Below the pieces are notes generated by a model. The model did not search any database. It saw nothing but the letters and a program-made list of their open reading frames with translations, and had not been told where the DNA came from. A stretch of 7,353 nt of DNA, taken from NCBI GenBank assembly GCA_035357435.1, contig DAOPNM010000025.1, positions 1-7,353 on the forward strand. Direction: 5' to 3'. The stretch comes from an archaeon (GTDB lineage: Archaea > Iainarchaeota > Iainarchaeia > Iainarchaeales > CSSED10-239). A program made the position numbers and the translations under genes. Positions 1 through 5,329 of this stretch are shown here, piece after piece (the stretch's first letter is position 1; each line of letters opens with the position of its first letter).

Positions 1-467
1 AAACAATAACTCAACCAAGTTTAATAAATCTTGATTATGCAGATTTAAGAACTGTAATGGTTGGTAGAGGTTTAAGTGTTATTGCTGTTGGTGAAAGTCA
101 ATCTGCAAATAGAGTTGATGAAGTTGTTGAAGATACCTTAAATAATTTGTTATTAGATGTTGAAGTAACTGGTGCTACTGGTTGTTTAATACACATTACA
201 GGTGGTTCTGATTTAACATTAGGTGATGCAAATAGAGTAGGTGAATTATTAACTGAACAAATAGATCCAAATGCAGATGTAATTTGGGGTGCAAGACATG
301 ATCCAACATTTGATAATAAAATAGAAGTAATTGCAATCTTTGCAGGTGTTAAATCACCATATATCAAAGGAAGTACAAAATATACAGGAAAATCAAGTGT
401 TTCTGGATCTAAAAGTTCTTATTCATCAGCATCATATGATTCAGATTATGATTTAGCACGCTTATAA
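1..467 (+). CDS. ftsZ: Cell division GTPase FtsZ, C-terminal portion (5' end lies outside the window; reading frame begins at base 3)
   Basis: The frame is open from base 3 and translates TITQPSLINLDYADLRTVM before the listed Met at 57. LINLDYADLRTVM corresponds to the FtsZ T7-loop motif (GLINVDFADVRTVM type, with the N-x-D-x-x-D residues kept). It is followed by IAVGES...LLDVEVTGATGCLIHITGG.DLTL.....V.......DPNADVIWGA...D......EVIAIFAGV, which is typical of the FtsZ C-terminal domain. The protein ends in a S/Y/D-rich low-complexity linker and a short terminal peptide. Stop codon TAA at 465-467. Confidence 0.85.
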   Translation, partial: TITQPSLINLDYADLRTVMVGRGLSVIAVGESQSANRVDEVVEDTLNNLLLDVEVTGATGCLIHITGGSDLTLGDANRVGELLTEQIDPNADVIWGARHDPTFDNKIEVIAIFAGVKSPYIKGSTKYTGKSSVSGSKSSYSSASYDSDYDLARL

Positions 468-468
468 A

Positions 469-500
469 AGAAGTGTGCTAACTTCTCTTTTTCTTTTTTT
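469..500 (+). terminator. Hairpin plus T-tract downstream of ftsZ
   Basis: agaagt (469-474) pairs with acttct (481-486) around a 6-nt loop. It is followed immediately by ctttttcttttttt (487-500). Oligo-T runs act as archaeal termination signals. Confidence 0.4.
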
Positions 501-516
501 AATAGTTTATTATCTC

Positions 517-524
517 TTTTTATA
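517..524 (+). promoter_or_regulatory. Candidate TATA box for the RNase P RNA gene
   Basis: ttttatat is centred about 26 nt upstream of the first base of the P1 helix (547), the expected archaeal TATA-to-start distance. The AT-rich background makes chance matches likely. Confidence 0.3.
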
Positions 525-546
525 TTTTTCTCTATTTAATTATTTT

Positions 547-818
547 ATAATGGTTTGTGTTTAGTAAACTTCTTTTTTTGTAGAAATGCAAAAAAGAGGT
601 TAGGAAAGTCCACCCACCATTTAATTTTAAAAAACTTCTTAATGGAAGTATCTCTTGCACAGAAACAAGACGGCTTTAAATCAATATAAAGAATGATGTG
701 TAGAGCAGACAAGATTTAAAGAGAGGCTGAAAACTGCAAGAGTGAGGTGCAAGGAGAAACCTCTCCGCTTAGACAAATTACTATTTACTACAGAAGGTGG
801 CTTATAGCAAACCATTAT
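547..818 (+). ncRNA. rnpB: RNase P RNA (compact, ~272 nt)
   Basis: The universal conserved regions are readable. aggaaagtccaccc (602-615) is CR-I (GAGGAAAGUCC). gcacagaaacaag (657-669) matches the ACAGAAA-type J-region. ttagacaaatta...ctacagaaggtggcttatag (769-807) is CR-V (ACAGAAnCCGGCUUAU). The P4 helix forms between aagTccacc (606-614) and ggtggctt (796-803) with the conserved bulged U (t609). P1 closes the molecule: ataatggtttg (547-557) pairs with caaaccattat (808-818). An internal helix forms between gagagg (721-726) and cctctc (760-765). The region is locally GC-enriched and has no ORF. Confidence 0.88.
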
Positions 819-871
819 TTTTTTTAAATCTATTTTTAAAGTAATAGATTCTAATTTTATTGTGAAGTATT
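819..871 (+). promoter_or_regulatory. Promoter module of paralog 1 (TATA-like tttttaaag at 833-841, exactly 39 nt upstream of the ATG)
   Basis: The motif tttttaaagtaat occurs at the same 39-nt distance from the ATG upstream of all four paralogs (833, 1610, 2403, 3176). This implies a transcription start about 7-10 nt before the ATG, so the leader is very short and carries no SD. Confidence 0.5.
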
Positions 872-1558
872 ATGCCTTATAAAAAACCAATAAATTATAA
901 AACACCTAAGGAAGTAGTAGAATCTACGCCTAAAATAAAAAAAAAAGAAGCAATTTTTACAAAAGGGAATGGCCCGTTTTTAGAATATGAAGAAATTAGT
1001 ACTAAACGAAGAAAACATAATGTAATATATTCTGGAAATAAATTAAAAAATAAATTATATCACACTCATATTCAATATCAAAAAAAAATAAATTCTTCAG
1101 CATTTCCTTCTATTCAAGATTTAACAGTTTTTTTTTTAGACAGATCTTTAAGAGATATTTCTTATGAAGCAATTTTCGTAATTGATGAAAAAACAGGTAA
1201 AAACATTGGTAGGAGTGTTTATACATTTACACCAAAAACAGATAAAGTAATTAGTAATTTATTAGAGAAATATAATGATATGTTTTCTAAAAAAAAATCA
1301 GATAGTATAATATATAATATTTTTCAAAATTATGATGATTCAACTATTAAAAAATTATTAGATCCTGATCCTAATAGCAATCAACTTCTTAAAAAAAAAA
1401 TTTTGTTTAAAGAAATTTTAGAAGATAAGCATAAAAATTCAAGTAGTATCCATGATTTTTATGATTTTTTAATTAATGATCTTGGCATAAAAATTAGATT
1501 TGTGCCAATGCCTGGTTATAAATTTAATAAAGAAACATTTAGATTTGAAAAAAAATAA
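872..1558 (+). CDS. Hypothetical protein, paralog 1 of a 4-member tandem family; putative JAB/MPN (JAMM)-like metallohydrolase
   Basis: 228-aa ORF. Conserved E26 (KKKEAIF), H64-x-H66 (LYHTHIQ) and S80-x-x-D83 (FPSIQD), followed by the family-invariant IFVIDEKTGKNIGR hairpin and the C-terminal DLGIKIRFVPMPGYKFNKETFRFEKK. No signal peptide or TM segment. Confidence 0.6.
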   Translation: MPYKKPINYKTPKEVVESTPKIKKKEAIFTKGNGPFLEYEEISTKRRKHNVIYSGNKLKNKLYHTHIQYQKKINSSAFPSIQDLTVFFLDRSLRDISYEAIFVIDEKTGKNIGRSVYTFTPKTDKVISNLLEKYNDMFSKKKSDSIIYNIFQNYDDSTIKKLLDPDPNSNQLLKKKILFKEILEDKHKNSSSIHDFYDFLINDLGIKIRFVPMPGYKFNKETFRFEKK

Positions 1559-1740
1559 AGTTGTAGTACATACTTTTTTTATGTTTTTTTTATGTTTTTA
1601 ATAGATTTCTTTTTAAAGTAATTGTTTCTAATATTTTTGTGATGTCTTATGCCATATCTTAAACCATCTGGTTATAAAATTCCAAAAGAAGTTGTTGAGC
1701 ATACACCTGACATAAAAAAAAAAGAAGCAGTTTTTACAAA
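1496..1740 (+). repeat. Near-identical 245-nt patch, copy A (3' end of paralog 1, intergenic module, first 92 nt of paralog 2)
   Basis: By direct reading it matches 3063-3306 with one substitution (a/g in the gaaaaaaaataa / gagaaaaaataa stretch) and one T8/T7 length difference. Confidence 0.9.
1559..1648 (+). promoter_or_regulatory. Repeated intergenic module (T-tract terminators plus TATA-like promoter) between paralogs 1 and 2
   Basis: T7 (1574-1580) and T8 (1584-1591) runs follow the stop codon. tttttaaag lies at 1610-1618, 39 nt before the ATG at 1649. The module is nearly identical to 3126-3214 and similar to 2348-2441. Confidence 0.5.
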
Positions 1741-2347
1741 GAAAAAAGGTCCATTTTCAAAATTTAAGCAAATAGGGTTTGACCGTAAAAAAAATTGGAT
1801 TGACTATTTCCCATCAGATATAAAAGATAGGTTATATCATACACATATCCAATCAAAAGATTGGAAAGTTTATTTTATATGTACGCCATCTATTATAGAT
1901 TTAATTTCTTATTATACAGAACGAAAGACAAACAATATTCCAATTCAAGGAATATTTGTTATTGATGAGAAAACAGGGAAGAATATTGGTAGAACATTTT
2001 ATATGTTTACTGATAAAACAGATAAGATTATAGATGATTTATATAAAAGGTATAAAAAAGTTGTTTCTAAAAAAGAATCTGATCCATTTATTAAAAATTT
2101 ATTACTAAATTGTGATGAAGATACAAAGAAACTTTTAGAATCAAATACTGATACAGATGTTTTTCAAAAAAAACAAATTTTGTTTCAACTTTTGTTAGAG
2201 CAAAAAACTAATCAAAACACTAATGTGGTTTTATCTAAAAAAGAATATTATGATATATTGACTAAAGATTTAGGTATAAAGATAAGGTTTGTGTCAATGC
2301 CTGGTTATAAATTTAATAAAGAAAAATTTATATTTGAGAAAAAATAA
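1649..2347 (+). CDS. Hypothetical protein, paralog 2; putative JAB/MPN-like metallohydrolase
   Basis: 232-aa ORF with E26, H64-x-H66, S81-x-x-D84 (ICTPSIID), GIFVIDEKTGKNIGRTFY and the C-terminal DLGIKIRFVSMPGYKFNKEKFIFEKK. Confidence 0.6.
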   Translation: MPYLKPSGYKIPKEVVEHTPDIKKKEAVFTKKKGPFSKFKQIGFDRKKNWIDYFPSDIKDRLYHTHIQSKDWKVYFICTPSIIDLISYYTERKTNNIPIQGIFVIDEKTGKNIGRTFYMFTDKTDKIIDDLYKRYKKVVSKKESDPFIKNLLLNCDEDTKKLLESNTDTDVFQKKQILFQLLLEQKTNQNTNVVLSKKEYYDILTKDLGIKIRFVSMPGYKFNKEKFIFEKK

Positions 2348-2441
2348 AAAGTTGTAATGTGTTATTTTTGTTTTATGTTTTTTTATATTTTTAATAGATT
2401 TCTTTTTAAAGTAATTGTTTCTAATATTTTTGTGATATCTT
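2348..2441 (+). promoter_or_regulatory. Repeated intergenic module between paralogs 2 and 3
   Basis: T-runs follow the stop codon. tttttaaag lies at 2403-2411, 39 nt before the ATG at 2442. The last ~60 nt match the other modules almost exactly. Confidence 0.5.
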
Positions 2442-3125
2442 ATGTCATATCCTAAACCGCGTGGTTATAAAATTCCAAAAGATGTTATTGAGTCTACATC
2501 AAATATTAACAAAAAAGAAGCAGTATTTACAAAAAAAAAAGACCCATTTTCAAAATTGAAACAAATTGGAATTAATCGTGAGAAAAATTCTGTGGATTAT
2601 TATTCTGGTAATGTAAAAGATAGATTATATCATACGCATGTACAATCAATTGATGAATATTATTTTATGTGTATGCCCTCTGTTACAGATTTAATTTCTT
2701 ATTATAAACAAAGAAAAAAAAATAATATACCTATTCAAGGAATATTTATTATCGATGAAAAAACTGGCAAAAATATAGGTAGAACATTTTTTACATTTAC
2801 AAATAATACAGAAAAAATTATTGATACTTTATATAAAAGGTATAAAAAGTTTATTTCAAAAAATGAAGATGATTCATTAATTAAGGAATTATTATTTACT
2901 AGTGATAGTTCTGCTATAAAAATATTAACCTCTAATGTTGGTTCTAATGTTTTTCAAAAAAAACAAATTTTGTTTCAACTTTTTTTGAATAAAAAAATGA
3001 ATGATAACCAATCAGAAAGGAGACGTTATGATATATTAACTAAAGACTTGGGCATAAAGATAAGATTTGTGCCAATGCCTGGTTATAAATTTAATAAAGA
3101 AACATTTAGATTTGAGAAAAAATAA
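2442..3125 (+). CDS. Hypothetical protein, paralog 3; putative JAB/MPN-like metallohydrolase
   Basis: 227-aa ORF with E26 (NKKEAVF), H64-x-H66 (LYHTHVQ), S80-x-x-D83 (MCMPSVTD), GIFIIDEKTGKNIGRTFF and a C-terminus identical to paralog 1. Confidence 0.6.
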   Translation: MSYPKPRGYKIPKDVIESTSNINKKEAVFTKKKDPFSKLKQIGINREKNSVDYYSGNVKDRLYHTHVQSIDEYYFMCMPSVTDLISYYKQRKKNNIPIQGIFIIDEKTGKNIGRTFFTFTNNTEKIIDTLYKRYKKFISKNEDDSLIKELLFTSDSSAIKILTSNVGSNVFQKKQILFQLFLNKKMNDNQSERRRYDILTKDLGIKIRFVPMPGYKFNKETFRFEKK

Positions 3126-3306
3126 AGTTGTAGTACATACTTTTTTTATGTTTTTTTATGTTTTTAATAGATTTCTTTTTAAAGTAATTGTTTCTAATAT
3201 TTTTGTGATGTCTTATGCCATATCTTAAACCATCTGGTTATAAAATTCCAAAAGAAGTTGTTGAGCATACACCTGACATAAAAAAAAAAGAAGCAGTTTT
3301 TACAAA
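3063..3306 (+). repeat. Near-identical 244-nt patch, copy B (3' end of paralog 3, intergenic module, first 92 nt of paralog 4)
   Basis: See copy A. Identity drops sharply on both sides of the patch. Confidence 0.9.
3126..3214 (+). promoter_or_regulatory. Repeated intergenic module between paralogs 3 and 4
   Basis: T7 runs follow the stop codon. tttttaaag lies at 3176-3184, 39 nt before the ATG at 3215. It differs from 1559-1648 by a single T-run length change. Confidence 0.5.
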
Positions 3307-3901
3307 AAAGAATGCTCCGTTTTCAGAATTAGAAAAAATTAATGGTATTGCTACAAAAGATTCAGTTGAATTTAATTCTCATTTTTTAAAAGATCGTTTT
3401 TATCATACACATATTCAACCAAAAAATATAAAGGCTAGTTATATATGTATGCCTTCTTGGGAAGATATTGTTAGTCATTTTAATCAAAAAAAAGGTCGTA
3501 AAATGTACATTTCAGGAATATTTATTATTGATGAAAAAACTGGAAAGAATATTGGCAGAACATTTTATACATTTACAGATAAAACAGATAAACTTATTGA
3601 TAATTTATATGAAAGATATAAAAAGTTTATTTCTAAAGATGCAGAAGATTCATTAATTAAGGAATTATTATTAAATTGTGATGAATATACAAAAAAACTT
3701 TTAGAATCAAATATTGTTTCTGATGTTTTACATAAGAAACGGATTTTGTTGCAGCTTTTTTTAAAACAAAAATTGAATAACAAATTGTCTATAAAAGAAT
3801 ATTATAATGTGTTAACTAAAGATCTAGGTATAAAGATAAGATTTGTACCAATGCCTGGTTATAAGTTTAATAAAAATAAATTATTGTTTGAAAAAGAATG
3901 A
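3215..3901 (+). CDS. Hypothetical protein, paralog 4 (mosaic of paralog 2-like and 3-like segments); putative JAB/MPN-like metallohydrolase
   Basis: 228-aa ORF with E26, H64-x-H66 (FYHTHIQ), S81-x-x-D84 (ICMPSWED) and GIFIIDEKTGKNIGRTFY. It ends in TGA, whereas the other three end in TAA. Confidence 0.6.
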   Translation: MPYLKPSGYKIPKEVVEHTPDIKKKEAVFTKKNAPFSELEKINGIATKDSVEFNSHFLKDRFYHTHIQPKNIKASYICMPSWEDIVSHFNQKKGRKMYISGIFIIDEKTGKNIGRTFYTFTDKTDKLIDNLYERYKKFISKDAEDSLIKELLLNCDEYTKKLLESNIVSDVLHKKRILLQLFLKQKLNNKLSIKEYYNVLTKDLGIKIRFVPMPGYKFNKNKLLFEKE

Positions 3902-3919
3902 AAGGAGTAGTGAATAATT

Positions 3920-4351
3920 ATGGAAGAATATATACAATTTATTTCAAATCTTAAAAATTTTACATCAGTAAAAAAAATGAAAATAACCTCTGAAACTACA
4001 AATACAGATGTTGTTGAATTTTTAGCTTCTGTACAATTAAGTACAAATACAAAAATACGTGAATATCTAGAAAAAATAATTGATATAAAAAAATTAGAAG
4101 ATCAAACAAAATATTTATTTGATTTAGATTTTAATAATTTTTTTAAAGAACTAAAATCTTCAAAGTTAAAAAAAATTATTTTAGATCTTCTACCTCAAAC
4201 AATGGATAAAGCTTACAAAGATGCATTTTTAGAAAGTTATTATGTTTATTTAATAGAAAAATATTTTAAATTAAAAGAGATATCAATTGGTTATCATCAA
4301 ATACTTTATCCTACAAGAAAGAAACAATTAAAAAAGATAATTAAGGGATAG
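3920..4351 (+). CDS. Hypothetical small protein (143 aa), K/E/L-rich and probably all-helical
   Basis: The ORF starts 19 nt after the paralog 4 stop. It is preceded by aaaggag (3901-3907), the only clear SD-like site in the + strand cluster, which suggests co-transcription with paralog 4. No motif recognised. Confidence 0.55.
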   Translation: MEEYIQFISNLKNFTSVKKMKITSETTNTDVVEFLASVQLSTNTKIREYLEKIIDIKKLEDQTKYLFDLDFNNFFKELKSSKLKKIILDLLPQTMDKAYKDAFLESYYVYLIEKYFKLKEISIGYHQILYPTRKKQLKKIIKG

Positions 4352-4392
4352 TATTTATATTTTTTGCTATAGTAATATATTAAATGTGTCTA

Positions 4393-4530
4393 CCCTCCTT
4401 AGCACAGCGGTTAGTGCGTCCGGCTGTAGACTGTTTGTAGATACTGTGAGTATGTTTGTTTTTTATAAGAAAGACAAAACTACAAAAGGCAGTAACCGGA
4501 AGATCCCCAGTCCGAATCTGGGAGGAGGGA
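4393..4530 (+). tRNA. tRNA-Tyr (anticodon GTA at 4426-4428) with a 65-nt intron (4430-4494) at the canonical 37/38 position; no encoded CCA
   Basis: A full cloverleaf is readable. Acceptor: ccctcct (4393-4399) with aggaggg (4523-4529). D arm: gcac/gtgc (4402-4405 / 4414-4417) with loop agcggtta. Anticodon stem: tccgg (4419-4423) with ccgga (4496-4500). Anticodon loop: ctgtag|a. Variable loop: agatc. T arm: cccag/ctggg (4506-4510 / 4518-4522). Discriminator: A4530. C1-G72 is the archaeal/eukaryal tyrosine identity pair. The splice sites sit in a bulge-helix-bulge: a 4-bp central helix (4424-4427 with 4489-4492) is flanked by the 3-nt bulges a-g|a (4428-4430) and t-a|a (4493-4495), and the outer helix is 4434-4440 with 4480-4486. 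A possible TATA (tttatat, 4354-4360) lies upstream. Confidence 0.9.
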
Positions 4531-4562
4531 TTACACTCAATATAAATTTTGAATGTTGATTA

Positions 4563-4573
4563 TTTTATTTTTT
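4563..4573. terminator. T-rich tract between the convergent tRNA-Tyr and GNAT paralog 1 (possible bidirectional termination zone)
   Basis: ttttatttttt lies downstream of the tRNA. The convergent - strand CDS ends at 4584. The call is weak in an AT-rich background. Confidence 0.25.
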
Positions 4574-4583
4574 GAAATATTTT

Positions 4584-5177
4584 TTATTTTCTATTATGCA
4601 TTTTTCTTGAAAAAATTGTAATTGTATAACCTTGTAGATCTGCTCTTAGTTTTGCTGTATTTTTAAGGTCATATTTTACATATTTTGATTTTTGTGTTCT
4701 TGTTTTTTCTCCTGGTTTATTTGTTAATGGTCTTTTGCCAACTATTTTTTCATTTATTTTTTGCATTTCTTCTAAGGCGTTTCCATGAATTTTTTCAACA
4801 TTATATTTTGCTCTTAAATCTGAAATTAGTCGTATTTTTAATTTTAAGCCAATTCCTTTTTTTCTATATTTTATTTTAACAAATAAATGATCAACTACAA
4901 ATTCTTTATTTATATTATTTCCCATTTTTTCTATAAACATGTGCCCATTTGCAGATGCTGCGAGTTCGTTTCCTACATACACTAAATATATAATATATGG
5001 GGTAATTTTGTTGTTTATATTTTTTTCCCACAATTGGGCATATCTATTGAATTCCATTTCATTTGTATTATCTACAAATGGGTCTATTTTGAATATTTCT
5101 TTGAGTAACTCTGGTGTTAATTCGTGTCTATTTTTATAAGTTATTTTTTTATATGTAATTTTTTCATTTTTATTCAT
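4584..5177 (-). CDS. GNAT-family N-acetyltransferase-like protein, paralog 1 (most divergent)
   Basis: GNAT motif A is readable: DHLFVKIKY-RKKGIG-LKLKIRLISDL, i.e. a beta strand, R-x-x-G-x-G, then a helix. A motif B-like segment GNALEEMQKINEKIVG follows. The start is placed at the ATG at 5175-5177 (MNKNEKITYKKITYKNRHELTPELLKEI) because it aligns exactly with the start of paralog 2. The ORF track's upstream Met (5186) adds only MNN. Confidence 0.65.
   Translation of the reverse strand: MNKNEKITYKKITYKNRHELTPELLKEIFKIDPFVDNTNEMEFNRYAQLWEKNINNKITPYIIYLVYVGNELAASANGHMFIEKMGNNINKEFVVDHLFVKIKYRKKGIGLKLKIRLISDLRAKYNVEKIHGNALEEMQKINEKIVGKRPLTNKPGEKTRTQKSKYVKYDLKNTAKLRADLQGYTITIFSRKMHNRK
5093..5177 (-). 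repeat. 85-nt near-identical patch shared by the 5' ends of GNAT paralogs 1 and 2, copy A
   Basis: It matches 5821-5905 with a single mismatch (t5100 versus c5828), although the two genes are otherwise strongly diverged. Confidence 0.9.
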
Positions 5178-5329
5178 ATTGTTCACTATTTATTGTAGAT
5201 TATATGTATTTTTTAGTATAAATCTGTTTTTAATAGTGTTGTTTTGGATTTTCTATAATGTTTATAATAATTTATAACAAAAATTTGTTGTAAAAAATAA
5301 AGTTTAATCTAAAATTTATTATTGTTTAA

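Larger units (their letters stand above)
819..3901 (+). repeat. Tandem gene array of 4 units, each promoter + CDS + terminator; ATG-to-ATG periods 777, 793 and 773 nt
   Basis: ATG positions are 872, 1649, 2442 and 3215. The unit ends and intergenic modules are conserved and the central coding parts are diverged. Confidence 0.9.

Noticed and set aside
98-367. 89-aa ORF on the - strand inside ftsZ
   Set aside because: It is fully antisense to a strongly supported FtsZ reading frame, has no motif and has no independent start context. It is a shadow ORF.
1559-3214. Regularly spaced ~90-nt repeats as a possible CRISPR-like or other non-coding array
   Set aside because: The spacers are ~690-nt paralogous protein-coding genes. 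The repeats contain T-run terminators plus a TATA-like element at a fixed distance from each ATG. This is a tandem gene array, not a CRISPR.
3468-3783. 62-aa (+) and 72-aa (-) ORFs inside paralog 4
   Set aside because: They lie in alternative frames nested in a CDS supported by four-way paralog conservation. Their low-complexity K/L/I/F composition is typical of off-frame AT-rich sequence.
3899-3901. TGA stop of paralog 4, where the other three use TAA, as a hint of a TGA-recoding genetic code
   Set aside because: Read-through would hit TAG after only three more codons. TGA also terminates the membrane paralog at 7027-7029 in a sensible ATGA overlap. The archaeal features of the window do not fit the known TGA-recoding bacterial lineages.
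3920-4351. The 143-aa ORF as a ubiquitin-like partner for the JAB-like proteins (it ends in ...IIKG)
   Set aside because: It has a single terminal Gly rather than a Gly-Gly. It is larger than typical beta-grasp modifiers and its composition suggests an all-helical protein. No E1-like gene is nearby.
4430-4494. tRNA intron encoding a C/D box sRNA, as known for some archaeal tRNA-Trp introns
   Set aside because: No RUGAUGA C box or CUGA D box can be read in the intron. Only BHB-forming complementarity and an imperfect internal hairpin are present.
4685-5139. Two + strand ORFs (64 and 66 aa) antisense to GNAT paralog 1
   Set aside because: The F/L/I-rich pseudo-hydrophobic translation comes from reading the complement of Lys/Asn/Glu-rich codons. 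The GNAT frame carries the recognisable motifs.
5178-5186. Upstream ATG (5186) as the start of GNAT paralog 1
   Set aside because: The ATG at 5175-5177 gives MNKNEKITYKK..., which aligns residue for residue and almost base for base with the start of paralog 2. The extra MNN lies outside the conserved patch. The choice remains unverified.
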